DNA from: an uncultured Bacilli bacterium
GTDB taxonomy: Bacteria; Bacillota_I; Bacilli_A; RF39; UBA660
NCBI GenBank assembly: GCA_949425635.1
Contig: CASPWD010000010.1
Coordinates: 6,194-70,193 of the forward strand
DNA length: 64,000 nt
Direction of reading: 5' to 3'
Shown: positions 1 through 11,100 of the stretch, one piece after another
Layout of the letters: each line of letters begins with the position of its first letter
How positions within the stretch are numbered: position 1 is the first letter of the stretch
The notes under the pieces: generated by a model
What the model was told of the DNA's origin: nothing
What the model saw: the letters and a program-made list of their open reading frames with translations, nothing else
Databases searched by the model: none
Position numbers and translations under genes: made by a program

Positions 1-1257
1 ATCCGTTATTTTTACATTTTCATATATAAAATAATTCTTAGTTTCTTCTACTTTAATATTACATCCTTCAGGGGCATTTGTTTGATAAACTACATCAAAG
101 TTATTTTTCAACACTGGAGTATCATCATAATGTTTATCAATTACCATGCTTTCCAATTTTAATTTTAAGTCTTCACCATCATTTGTAGGATATAAGTCTT
201 TTATTGAGTTATAAGGCTCCTTTAAATTAACATCAATAACCATCTGAGCTTTATTACCACTTACCAAAATATTACTCAAATCCCACTCTACTTTTTGAGA
301 TGATAAATCGACATTCACATTTCCTAAATTTACTTCAATATCATCTTCACTAGATAATTCAAAATATTTATCATTAATATAATCTGTTATTTTAAACTCT
401 TCATAAATACCAGGTCTTAATGTCGCTTCCATTAAAATGTTTTTCAAATTATCTTTATAGGCAATATACTGGTTATCACTTATTTCTTCTATTTGGTCAA
501 TTACCTTTTTTGTATTCATTTCATATTGGACGCCATTTATTTCCATAAATGGATAATTTTCTTTTAACAAAAGATATTCTTTAATTTGTGCTGGAGATTC
601 CTCTGCTGGATATCCATCAGTTAAAAACATTACGACTAAATCTCTATTCGGATTTTCTACATATCCATCAACAACTCTACTAACATTTCTCAAAGCAGCA
701 GCATAATTAGTTCCACCTTTAGCTTCTAAATTTGCTAGAATATCTAAAACTTCTGCACTATCATTTGTAAAATAATTACCTTCTTCACCAGTTAGGATTT
801 GTGATTTAGTTGAAAATGAAATAACTGACATAGTATTTTCACTATCTTGCAATATATATTCAGCTAGTTCACTAGCATCTTGTTGCAACTTAGAAAGTTT
901 TTCTCCTCTCATACTACCAGATAAATCAAGTACAAAAATTACATCTTTTTTGTGCTCGCTTAATTTAATTGCCGTTGTAACATCAAACGTTATTTTAGCA
1001 CTCTTAACGCTAGTCCATTCAGCACTTTTTACTACCTTCCAGCTTCCTTGAACTAAATCCTCAGGTTTTTCTGCTTCTTGCCAATTGTCTGAAACAAATT
1101 CAACACTTTTAAGTTCTTCAATACCTATTAAATTAGCGCTTAATGTAAAAGCAACTAATAAACCAAATATTAAAATAGGAATAAAAATTAATAAAAGTTT
1201 TTTCTTTTTATCACAAAAAAAAGTATTAAAAAAACTAGCACAATTAAATTTCTTCAT
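1..1257 (-). CDS. vWA-domain surface protein, C-terminal part cut by window edge; paralogue of 29381..32074
   Basis: My own translation from ATG at 1255-1257 gives MKKFNCASFFNTFFCDKKKKLLLIFIPILIFGLLVAFTLSAN... It has a MIDAS motif DVIFVLDLSGSM (the 897-aa paralogue has DVILILDVSGSM). The frame stays open to nt 1. It is absent from the ORF track because it runs off the window. Confidence 0.8.
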   Translation of the reverse strand, partial: MKKFNCASFFNTFFCDKKKKLLLIFIPILIFGLLVAFTLSANLIGIEELKSVEFVSDNWQEAEKPEDLVQGSWKVVKSAEWTSVKSAKITFDVTTAIKLSEHKKDVIFVLDLSGSMRGEKLSKLQQDASELAEYILQDSENTMSVISFSTKSQILTGEEGNYFTNDSAEVLDILANLEAKGGTNYAAALRNVSRVVDGYVENPNRDLVVMFLTDGYPAEESPAQIKEYLLLKENYPFMEINGVQYEMNTKKVIDQIEEISDNQYIAYKDNLKNILMEATLRPGIYEEFKITDYINDKYFELSSEDDIEVNLGNVNVDLSSQKVEWDLSNILVSGNKAQMVIDVNLKEPYNSIKDLYPTNDGEDLKLKLESMVIDKHYDDTPVLKNNFDVVYQTNAPEGCNIKVEETKNYFIYENVKITD

Positions 1258-1504
1258 ATACTACTCAACTTTCTATCAAACAAAAATTATAAAATAAAAA
1301 GTCTCAATAATATACTAATCATCTAATCTCTAATTTTTTAATACTTAAATTATTATTTTTAAAAATCTTATAAAAAATACAATACTCAAACCTACATCAC
1401 AAAGTAGTTAACTTTATGATGACTACTTTTACTTTATACCCAAAGTATACTATACATATATGGATATATCAAGAATATTTTTCAAAAAATGTTCTACATA
1501 AATG

Positions 1505-1538
1505 AAAAAAATACAATGTTTTTTCATTGTATTTTTTA
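1505..1538 (-). terminator. Rho-independent terminator after the 1199-aa gene
   Basis: Stem atacaatg/cattgtat with a T6 loop. A/T runs flank it, directly after the stop at 1536. Confidence 0.6.
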
Positions 1539-4500
1539 TTCTGTAATTGGTTCCCAAATAGCTACTAAAGTCATTGAAGAGTTTATTATTGTTTCTGGAG
1601 TTATAAATTCTCCTTCAAGATCTTCCTTATTTTTCCATCCCATGAAATTGTATCCTTCTACAGGTGTAACACTTGGTAGTTGTGTAATTGTTCCACCTTC
1701 TTTTACTGATGTCGTAGCATTTTCCAATTCAACTTCACCATATCCTGATTCGTAATCAATATTATAAACATTAGATACTACTTCAGACCACTTTGCTTTT
1801 AAAACAATGCTTGATGTAATTGTTGTTCCTTCTACAAATGGTTCATCATTGTCTGCATAGAACCATCCAGCAAATTCAAAACCTTCTTTAGTAGCTGTAG
1901 GCAATTTATCTAATTGTTTACCTGCGACAACACTAGTTATTGCATCTTCGGCCATTTCTCCGCCATCTAACTCATAAGTGATGGTATATCTTGTTACCAA
2001 CTCTCTAGTAACAGCATATAAAGTTATTTCTTCTGCTTCTGTAGTTAAATTTCTTATTGTAATATTATCACCATAATATAGAGGTCCTTTTTCTTCTAAA
2101 GCCCAACCTATTAATTCTACATCTTCGTCATCAATAGTGTGTTCTCCTAATTCACATGGTGTATCATAAGAGCATTCTTTCTTACCAATTTCAGTTCCAT
2201 TGTAGTTGAACGAAATTGTATATTTATTTTCTTCCCATTCAGCTACTAAATTAATATCTCCTGTACTATTAGTAATTTCTGTATTTCCTTCTGCATTTAA
2301 TTCTAATGTAGTATTATTCATCTTCCAACCTTTGAACGTATATCCTACTTTTGTAACACCTGGAATAACTATTGTTTCATTATCTACGTATGAAGTTGGA
2401 AGATTTCCTTCTTGGATATTTCCACCAGCTAAGTCATAGCTTATTGTATTCCTGTATTCTTTTGTCCATTTTGCATATAGGTTAATTACATATGTTTCAT
2501 CAGAAGTTATTGAAGAACCACCTTGGTAAACAAGACCATTTTCTGTTCTCCATCCATCGAAGATATATCCTTCTTTTTCAGGATGTTCAGTTATAATAGT
2601 ACATTCATTGTATGCACAAGTATTTGCACTACCATATACAACATCGTTTTCTTCATAATAATTAATTGTAACATTTACAGGTGTCCATTCAGCTACTAAT
2701 TTAATTTCACCGATAGCTGTAACAGTCATTTTATTTCCTGCTATTTCAACATTAGATTCATCACTCTTTGCCCAACCTTTGAATGTATAACCAAGTTTTG
2801 TTGGATTTACTAGAGTGTAGATGTTTTCTTTGTCACTATCGTATTCAACATATAGAGTGTTTTCAACATCATTTGGCATTACTCCACCATCTAAGTCGTA
2901 TTTTACTCTATATTTATTTAAAGTATATGATGCCTTAACTTCGATTTCCTCTTCGTTAGAAGTTAAATTTGTTACATAATTTGATATTATCTTAGCTGAT
3001 GCACCTTCACCAATATACCAATGACTGAAAGTCTTACCTGCTATATCATCTGCTGTAAATTCAATTTGACATTCTGTATCATATGTACATGTTTGTGTTT
3101 TATCGTTATGTTTTAAAGTATATTGAATTGGTTCCCAAATTGCTTCAAGTGTAACATTTCCAGATGTTTTGATTACAAGATTGTTATCTGTAATTTCAGC
3201 ATTCTCAGATGTTTTCCATTCAACAAATTTATAACCTTTTTTAGTTGGTTCCGTTAATGGAATAGTCGTTTCTGTTACTGTATACTCAACTTTATTTGGT
3301 GTAGATACTACCCCACCATTATAGTTATATGAGATATTATATGTAATATCGCCCATCTCAGCTTCAATATTATATGTTGCTGGTACGCTTGTGTAATTTG
3401 TAACATTATTATCAATTCTTACTTTATTTCCTAAACCACCATTTTCAATATAATACCAATACTTAAATTCTTTACCTTCTACAACTGGTTCTTTGAATTC
3501 CAAAGTACATTTTTGGTCATATTGACAAGTTTTAGTTTCGCCATTATATGTGAAACTAAATTCGATTGCTGTCCACTTAGCTGTTACTTTTATAGAACCA
3601 GCTTCATTTATCGTAAGAGTTTTCTTGTCTTCGCCTATAGTTGCTGGGCCTTCAATTTCATAGCCAGCAAAATTATATCCTTCTCTTTCAGGTGAGAATA
3701 ATTGAATATTGTTTACACCATTTTCTCTAAACTCAAACTCTGTTGGATTATTTATGCTAACACTACCGCCACGATAATCGTAGCTTATTGTATATTTTAT
3801 AGTGGCATATTTATCTTCTACCACATAATTTTTACCATCTTCTGTAGTGAAGTTAATTACATAACTTGGTAATTTACTTCCGTCTTCTAAGTATAAACCT
3901 AAGAAGTCTTGTCCAGCTTTTTCGGTTGTAGTAAAGTCTAATTCACATCTTTCATCATATGTACATTTCTTTTCTTGATTGTTGTATGTAAATGAATATG
4001 TTATTTTCTCCCAATTTGCTTTTACTAGTAAATCTTGTCTTGGGAAGTCTGTTCCATCGAATGCCTTTCCATTTAGAGTCCAACCAGTAAATTTGTAACC
4101 AACTCTTGTTGGTGTAAATAGAACAATTTTTTCTGTTTCTGAGTCAAATCCATTTGTTACTTCATCATTCACATTGAATGTTCCACCATTTAAATCATAT
4201 TTGATTTGATAATCTCTTGCACTCCATATTGCATATAAAGTTATCTCTTCTTCGTTACCTAGAATAATACTCATTTCTGTTTCTGGTTGATATATTGTTT
4301 TTCCATCTGGTGTTAATGCCCATCCTAAGAAACGATATCCAGAATTTTCAGATATATTTAAACTATCGTATAATGCAAATTTACAATTATTAGGATTGGT
4401 CTCATCATAATAATGACATTCATCTAAAGTTGTTGATGAACCACCTTGGAAGTTACTATCATAAGTTACTTTGTAACCAATTTGTTCCCATTTTATTTCT

Positions 4501-5135
4501 AATGTAAGTTCTCTTCCACCTTCTGGAATTCTTGTTCCATCATCAGTTATTGAAATATTAAAGTCAAAGCATTCATACTCTCCTTTAATAGTCCAACATA
4601 CGAATTTATAACCTGGACGATTATTCAATGTTGGTTGTTGAGCTGATGTTATTTTGTCTCCATATCCAAGATATATTTCTTTTGTTTGAAAAACATCTTT
4701 TTCATATTCTTGAGCCTCAAATGTTATCTTAAATTCATCGCCCATACATGAAGAATCCATACAAACTCCATTAACATGAGTTATTTCGAAGTTGTCTCCT
4801 ACTTCTATTGCTTCTCCTGTTGTTCCGTTTCTCCAAGCACCTCTATAATTTTTGTAATAAATAATCATGTTACTAAAATTAGGATTTTTTATAGACGATG
4901 CAGCTAACATTATTGTTTGGTCGTTAAGACCTTCATATTCATCATATATTTTATTTGGATTGTCACTCATGTTTTCAGTGTTGTATATTTCGTTATCATC
5001 TCGAGTTAATAAATATGAACCAATAACATAGGATTCATTTGGAATTTCATCTATGCTTACTGCTTTTGCATCAGCAACATTTGTGTATACAAATATTGAT
5101 ATTAATATAAATAGTATCTTCTTAATTTTTTTCAT
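1536..5135 (-). CDS. Secreted 1199-aa surface protein with about 14 Listeria-Bacteroides (Flg_new / InlB B-repeat-like) modules
   Basis: Sec signal MKKIKKILFILISIFVYTNVADA. There are 14 recurrences of the G(Y/F)xFxGW module signature. RBS GGAAGGTGA lies 7 nt upstream of the ATG. Confidence 0.75.
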   Translation of the reverse strand: MKKIKKILFILISIFVYTNVADAKAVSIDEIPNESYVIGSYLLTRDDNEIYNTENMSDNPNKIYDEYEGLNDQTIMLAASSIKNPNFSNMIIYYKNYRGAWRNGTTGEAIEVGDNFEITHVNGVCMDSSCMGDEFKITFEAQEYEKDVFQTKEIYLGYGDKITSAQQPTLNNRPGYKFVCWTIKGEYECFDFNISITDDGTRIPEGGRELTLEIKWEQIGYKVTYDSNFQGGSSTTLDECHYYDETNPNNCKFALYDSLNISENSGYRFLGWALTPDGKTIYQPETEMSIILGNEEEITLYAIWSARDYQIKYDLNGGTFNVNDEVTNGFDSETEKIVLFTPTRVGYKFTGWTLNGKAFDGTDFPRQDLLVKANWEKITYSFTYNNQEKKCTYDERCELDFTTTEKAGQDFLGLYLEDGSKLPSYVINFTTEDGKNYVVEDKYATIKYTISYDYRGGSVSINNPTEFEFRENGVNNIQLFSPEREGYNFAGYEIEGPATIGEDKKTLTINEAGSIKVTAKWTAIEFSFTYNGETKTCQYDQKCTLEFKEPVVEGKEFKYWYYIENGGLGNKVRIDNNVTNYTSVPATYNIEAEMGDITYNISYNYNGGVVSTPNKVEYTVTETTIPLTEPTKKGYKFVEWKTSENAEITDNNLVIKTSGNVTLEAIWEPIQYTLKHNDKTQTCTYDTECQIEFTADDIAGKTFSHWYIGEGASAKIISNYVTNLTSNEEEIEVKASYTLNKYRVKYDLDGGVMPNDVENTLYVEYDSDKENIYTLVNPTKLGYTFKGWAKSDESNVEIAGNKMTVTAIGEIKLVAEWTPVNVTINYYEENDVVYGSANTCAYNECTIITEHPEKEGYIFDGWRTENGLVYQGGSSITSDETYVINLYAKWTKEYRNTISYDLAGGNIQEGNLPTSYVDNETIVIPGVTKVGYTFKGWKMNNTTLELNAEGNTEITNSTGDINLVAEWEENKYTISFNYNGTEIGKKECSYDTPCELGEHTIDDEDVELIGWALEEKGPLYYGDNITIRNLTTEAEEITLYAVTRELVTRYTITYELDGGEMAEDAITSVVAGKQLDKLPTATKEGFEFAGWFYADNDEPFVEGTTITSSIVLKAKWSEVVSNVYNIDYESGYGEVELENATTSVKEGGTITQLPSVTPVEGYNFMGWKNKEDLEGEFITPETIINSSMTLVAIWEPITE

Positions 5136-5138
5136 ATT

Positions 5139-6425
5139 CTAACTCACCTTCCTTGCTGATGTTCTTATTCCATCTACTTCTATTTCGATTTCTGAAGCAG
5201 TTACTTCATCCCAACCACCTTTGACATTCATCGAAGGTCTTGCACTTGAACCGCCTAAATAAACTTTTATCTCACTATTTCTAGTACCATTTTCTGTTGC
5301 GTAAGGCTTACATGTTCTTGGAGTACCATCTTGATAATATGTTAGTGGCTCACAGCCTACAGCAAATGTATTCATACGCCATCCAGCTTGATATTGACCA
5401 GTTGCGATAGCTGTTGTTGTAGTTCTACCATTAATTGTCCAACCTGTGAATGTGTAATGTGCTCTTGTAACTGTACAGACACTACTTAGGGCTGTTCCTT
5501 CATTAACAGTTCTTTGACTACCATATCCTGGACAATTGCTTCCTAAGTCTCCACCATTTGGATTGAATGATAATTGATATGTAGTAACTTTTGGAGGTTC
5601 AGGATTAACTGGATTTGTCGTTTGGTTTCGACGCCAGATTGCATAATATGTAGTATTTGATGTAATTCTTCTAGTTGTTATGTTAGATACAGTAGCATTG
5701 GAATTATTATTAAATCCAACTAATGTATAACCATTTCTTGTAGCTGTACAAGTGTTTTTAGCTAAGTCACCAGTTTTTACTGTTTGAATACTACAACCAC
5801 TGCCTAGTGTACCGCCATTACCATTAAATCTAATTGTATAAGTTGTCTCAGCTGGTTTATCTGGATCTTGTGGTTCTTCTTGTTTATTTTCTTCCCAAGT
5901 AGCAACTATTGTAATATCAGATGTTACTGGACTATTAAAGTCATATTCTGTTCCATTTAAAGTCCATCCGATAAATGTATAGCCTTCTTTTACAGGATAT
6001 ACTGGAGGACGTGATGCTGGTTGTCCTTCTTCAATAACTTGGCTACTAATATTATTACCACCATCTGTATCAAAAGTAACAGTATAATATGTTTTATCAG
6101 GTTCTACTTCTTTCCATACAGCTCTAAGAGTAATGTCTCCATTTACACTTTCACTAAAGTCATAATATTCATCGTCTAGCATCCAACCCACAAAAATATA
6201 CCCTTCTCTAGTTGGAGTTTCTGGCTGATCTGGATATGAACCTTCTTCAATAGTTATAGCAGCAATTGCTGTTCCACCTGCACTATCGAAATTGATTGAA
6301 TAAGTTTCTAAAGGGTCTTGTATTAATTCTTGTTTAGGAGTTATACAATATAATGCAATTACTGCTACTCCTACTATTAACAATAATGTATTCTTGATTA
6401 AAGTTTTCTTATTTTTATCAGTCAT
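5139..6425 (-). CDS. Membrane-anchored or secreted protein with 4 Flg_new-type repeats
   Basis: N-terminal TM segment LLLIVGVAVIALYCI. Modules: EGYIFVGWML, EGYTFIGWTL, NGYTLVGFNN, AHYTFTGWTI. I prefer the ATG at 6425 to the track's GVG start at 6437. It ends 3 nt before the next gene, suggesting an operon. Confidence 0.7.
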   Translation of the reverse strand: MTDKNKKTLIKNTLLLIVGVAVIALYCITPKQELIQDPLETYSINFDSAGGTAIAAITIEEGSYPDQPETPTREGYIFVGWMLDDEYYDFSESVNGDITLRAVWKEVEPDKTYYTVTFDTDGGNNISSQVIEEGQPASRPPVYPVKEGYTFIGWTLNGTEYDFNSPVTSDITIVATWEENKQEEPQDPDKPAETTYTIRFNGNGGTLGSGCSIQTVKTGDLAKNTCTATRNGYTLVGFNNNSNATVSNITTRRITSNTTYYAIWRRNQTTNPVNPEPPKVTTYQLSFNPNGGDLGSNCPGYGSQRTVNEGTALSSVCTVTRAHYTFTGWTINGRTTTTAIATGQYQAGWRMNTFAVGCEPLTYYQDGTPRTCKPYATENGTRNSEIKVYLGGSSARPSMNVKGGWDEVTASEIEIEVDGIRTSARKVS

Positions 6426-6583
6426 GTTAAACCACACATCCTATACTAATAATAAAATTATATCATTAGGTTCTTTAAATGTAAATCAAATAATTTATGT
6501 AATTTTGTAAATTTTTCTATATAATTATTTTAATAAAAAATATACAATTTATTCTTTATATCTTTAAATGGTATAAAAAGGCA

Positions 6584-6619
6584 AAAGAAAATGAATCATA
6601 TTGCAGATTCATTTTCTTT
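6584..6619 (-). terminator. Rho-independent terminator after the FAD oxidoreductase gene
   Basis: 14-bp stem aaagaaaatgaatc/gattcattttcttt, followed by a T-rich tract on the minus strand. Confidence 0.65.
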
Positions 6620-8012
6620 ATTTTCTTGTTAAAATGTCTCTTGCTGCTACAAGTCCTGTAGCCGCAGCTGTTACGATGTTGCCTGCTTTACCTGCTCCAT
6701 CACCTACAAAATAAATATTTGTGTTCTTTAATTTGAAATTATTATCTGTTTCTATTTCATTACTGAAAAATTTTATTTCTGGGCCATAAAGAAGTGTGTC
6801 ATCGTTCGCTACTCCTGGAATTATTTTATCTAATTTATCTAAACCTTCTATAATATTAGTTATAATACGATGTGGCATTACTAAGGCTAAATCACCTGCT
6901 ACACAATCTTTAAGTGTTGGTTCAATAAACCCTTTATTAATTCTATGCCATTCGCTACGACGGCCGTTTCTTAAGTCTTTTAAAGATTGAATTATTGGTT
7001 TTCCGTCACCTAGGACATTAGCGATACGAGCAATTGATTCACCATAAAGTCTTGTATTTGTTACTGGTTCTGTCAAATTGACTTTAGAAATAAAAGCAAA
7101 GTTTGTATTATTTGATTTAATTTCTTTTAAAGCATGGCCATTAACACAGATATAACCATAATAGTTTTCTTTAGCTACAAATCCACCTGGATTAGTACAG
7201 AAAGTTCTTATCTCATCACCGTATGTATCAGTTTTAATAAATATAGTTGGATCATAAATTACATTAGTTATGCTTTCCATTATTTCTTTTCTTACCTCAA
7301 CTCTGACACCTATTTCAATGCTTTGAGATAGATAAGGAATGTCATATTTATCAGCTAATTCTTGAATCCATTTAGCCCCTGTTCTACCTGGAGCGACTAT
7401 AACATTCTTAGCACTCAATGTAGTGCTTTTTTTACCTGTTAGATAAGTTACTTCATGTTCGTCTTCTTTTAATGATTTGATATCTGTTACATCAGCACGA
7501 TCTATTAAAGTTACTCCTTTTTCTATTAAATAATCACAAATGCCATCTATATATTCTGGTAAGTGATCACTTCCTAGATGCTTTTGTTTAATTAATAGTA
7601 ATTTGGCACCTGAAATAGCAACTTGTTTTTTTATTTCATTGGCTTCATCCATATTACTTGGATATACTTCAGCATCCATTTTAAATTTATTAAATATTTC
7701 TTCTGTTTCATCTATTAATTTATATGCAACGCTTTCTGGCATATATTTAGTTAAATCACTTTTACCTAGACGTGGTATAAAATTTAATTTACCATCACTA
7801 AATGTTCCAGCTCCACCATAGCCTGCTAAGATAGCACAAGGATTACAATTTTGACAAGGAATGCCATTTTTATTCATTGGACATACCCTATTTTTTACTC
7901 TAAATCCTTTATCTAAAACAGCAACCTTAAGTTTATCATTTTTGCTTATAAGCTCATAAGCACTAAATAAACCAGCTGGTCCTGCTCCTATTATTAAACA
8001 ATCATATTTCAT
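6618..8012 (-). CDS. FAD-dependent oxidoreductase (COG2509-like uncharacterised dehydrogenase)
   Basis: Rossmann motif DCLIIGAGPAGLFSA and C-terminal FVGDGAGKAGNIVTAAATG. RBS GGAGGG precedes the ATG at 8012 (MKYDCLIIG). Confidence 0.75.
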   Translation of the reverse strand: MKYDCLIIGAGPAGLFSAYELISKNDKLKVAVLDKGFRVKNRVCPMNKNGIPCQNCNPCAILAGYGGAGTFSDGKLNFIPRLGKSDLTKYMPESVAYKLIDETEEIFNKFKMDAEVYPSNMDEANEIKKQVAISGAKLLLIKQKHLGSDHLPEYIDGICDYLIEKGVTLIDRADVTDIKSLKEDEHEVTYLTGKKSTTLSAKNVIVAPGRTGAKWIQELADKYDIPYLSQSIEIGVRVEVRKEIMESITNVIYDPTIFIKTDTYGDEIRTFCTNPGGFVAKENYYGYICVNGHALKEIKSNNTNFAFISKVNLTEPVTNTRLYGESIARIANVLGDGKPIIQSLKDLRNGRRSEWHRINKGFIEPTLKDCVAGDLALVMPHRIITNIIEGLDKLDKIIPGVANDDTLLYGPEIKFFSNEIETDNNFKLKNTNIYFVGDGAGKAGNIVTAAATGLVAARDILTRK

Positions 8013-8151
8013 TTTCTCTACCCTCCAATAAAATTTTAACAAAAATAGTAATCAGTTACTAGTGTTTTTGTGTTCTTTCTAAATTTAATCAATTTAAATT
8101 AATATTTATATAGTTATAATATATAGTTATATCTATATAATTTAAAGTTAA

Positions 8152-11100
8152 CTATACTTTTCTTAAGATTGATTCTTGTGGTGTGATGTTAATTATGTTT
8201 TGTTTGATTAAATAATTCATTAATTTATAAAAATGATTTAGTTCTTTGCCACTCATTATGTCTTTTCCTGTTATACCAAAGTAGGCCATTAAGCCTTCTC
8301 TAACAGATTTACATAATTTATATTCATTACTTTTTAGTATTTTTAAAGCCTCATTAGAGTCCATGCTTTCTAATCTAAGACATTCATCTTGATGAAATTC
8401 TTTTAGTAAATCATATATTATATAATCACTCATTAGGGATTTTATACCATTTATAATACGTGGATTATTCATTCTTTTAAAATATCTTTGATAATATACC
8501 TTGTGGGTTGAAGGCATTGAATCTTTATGAGCTTCATAATAAGATAAAATTGTTTCGTAAGATGGTTCTTTATCTTTATAAATTCCACTTCTTAATTTGC
8601 AAACACTCAACATTAGACAATATATACTATTGTTTATAGCAGAAGCTTTTGTCTTAAGATTTAATGTTTTTATTATTTCTATAGCACTTTTTCTTTCGAT
8701 ACTTTCCATACCGAAGAATAAATCAAAGATTTTAGTAGCAATATTTAAGTTACCATAAAATGGAAGTCTTTCGTCTTTAATTGCTTCTTTATAATAATCA
8801 AAATCAAATTTTTTAGTATTTGGATCTTCTAATATAATGAAGATATTGCGACGTATACGGTTTGTAATGCTACGCATTTTATCGATTGTTATTTTATATT
8901 TTTTAGCTAATTGTTCAACAGGAAGATTATCTTTAAATAATAATTCAATAACCTCTCTATCACTATCACTGAAATATTTTAGAATAGGAACTAAATCTTC
9001 TTCGTAGTCTATTTTTCCTTCAATTTCACCTTTTTGATATTTTCTTATTGATAGAATTGCTCTTTGATATCTTCTTCGTAGACTCGTTGTATTTTCTTTA
9101 TATATGATACTTAATTCGTCTAATGTTTTTAGAGGATGATTATTTAACTCAAATAAATAACAAATAATATCTCGTTCTTTATCACTAATTGGAAGATGAC
9201 GATCTTTTAGAATTTCTGCCATTTCACTTCTTTGGATATAATTTAAATCTGGTTTTTGAACATTTGCTTTACGTGACTTAATTAATTTAATGGCTCCTTT
9301 ATAATGGCGATAGAATGCATTAATATCTATATTAAGTTTTTCACAGATATCTGCTGATGATAATTTTTCGCCACATTCATTATATTGATTTTGAAGTCCA
9401 TGATATAAACTAAGGATATTTTTTTGTAACTCACTAAGTAAAGATTCGCTTTTATGACGGGCTATTTCTACTGCGATATCCTCATTATTAATTGTTATAT
9501 TTCTTATTTTATAATCGATGTCTATTTTATAGAAACGACTTATTACTTTATTTACATCAGATAATGCTAAACCTAAAATACTAGCTATTTCTTTATTTTC
9601 TTTGTATTCTAAAAAACGAATAGTAAGAATTTCTTTATCAAGTTTTGTAAACTTTTTAGGAAAGAACTCGAAAATGTTATCTAATTCTTCTTTTGTATAC
9701 GTTTTTGCTTCAGTTATACCAAAACGATAGAAATCTATTTTTCTGATTGATTCCGTTATGATATTAGATATTCTTGTTTTATTAAGACCTGTTGCTTCAG
9801 ATATCTTGTCATAACTGGCATCTTCAACTAAGAACATTGTTAATATTGTTCTTGCTTCTTCAGTAAAATCATATCTAGGGTGAAGATAAGGAGTATAAAG
9901 AGATTTAACTATATCTAAACGATTTGTCATATTATTATATAAATTAATACAATATTCTCTAGCATCACTAATGATATCATGGCATCTTATATAGTCCATG
10001 TTATACATATCTGCTATTTCTCTAATTGTGTATTTTTTGTCTGGAACACCATAAAATAAATCTAAGAACTTTATTCGCTCAGGGGTTAAACGATTTCTAT
10101 AATTCTTTTTTACTTCTAAATATTTTTCTTTGTTAAAAGTATTTTCTAAGATGTTAAAGACACCAAATGTAAGTTTCTCTAAACGATCAATTAAGTAGTA
10201 ATAACGATAATATAAAACACTATTCGGGAATTTATCAGCAAATTCTTTTTTATCTTTCTTTTTAAAATAAATACATTCTAAGAAAAGGATTTGTTCTTCA
10301 TTAAACCAAGCTTTATATTTTAAAAATGTTTCGTATAAAGCTTTATTGCTTATTCGATAATTTTTCTTCTTATAACCAAATTTTTGTAAATTTAATTCTC
10401 TTTCAATCGCTTCTGCTCTAACATGTGATTCAGGAGTTGTAAAATATTTTCTTATTAAAGCTATTTCGTCTGGATTTAAAAGCTCTTGATTTTCTAATGA
10501 AGCCTCAACATCTTCTAGTTTTAAGGTATCACAGGCTGCTTTTACAGCTTGGTAATTTATAATATTTTCTTGTTCTTCAATTAAACGATATAAATATTCA
10601 CCATATTTCAAAGTCATTTCTTCTTTAAATGATAAGTATTCTGGGTCTTGTTCAATACGACTTAGTTTTGTTATTAGTGATTTGTTTATCATTGTGTATT
10701 TTAAACGGCTTATCTTTAAGATATGACATAGTTCATCAGTATTATACTGACGAGTTTTTAAAGTACGATATTTGAATAATAATAATTCTTCATCGGTTAA
10801 GTCATCTTTGATAAACAAATATTTTATTATGTCAATAATACTTAGAGGACGTGTATTAAAGTTAGAATTTTGTTTAGGATGAGATAGAGTTAATCTTTTT
10901 AAAGCTATTATGTATTTAGGACTTTTCTTGTCACTATAAATTTTAAAAATTTCAAACGCTTGTTTTTGGACTCTTAGTATTTCATTAGGACTTAAGCATA
11001 ATGCTTCAGCCATCGTTTCTATTTTTATGTTATTTAGTGTACAATATAAGCAATAATATTGTTCTCCTTCCATAACACTTTTTAAAACTGCTAAAGTTTC

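Noticed and set aside
1085-1755. Plus-strand ORFs at 1085-1297 and 1489-1755.
   Set aside because: The first is antisense to the well-supported vWA gene, which has a MIDAS motif. The second spans a terminator hairpin and the 3' end of the 1199-aa gene. Neither has an RBS or recognisable motifs.
8100-8140. Direct repeat TATAGTTATA x2 in the intergenic region downstream of the sigma-like gene.
   Set aside because: It is short, lies in very low-complexity AT-rich DNA, and has no flanking structure. It is compatible with chance or with overlapping promoter-like hexamers.
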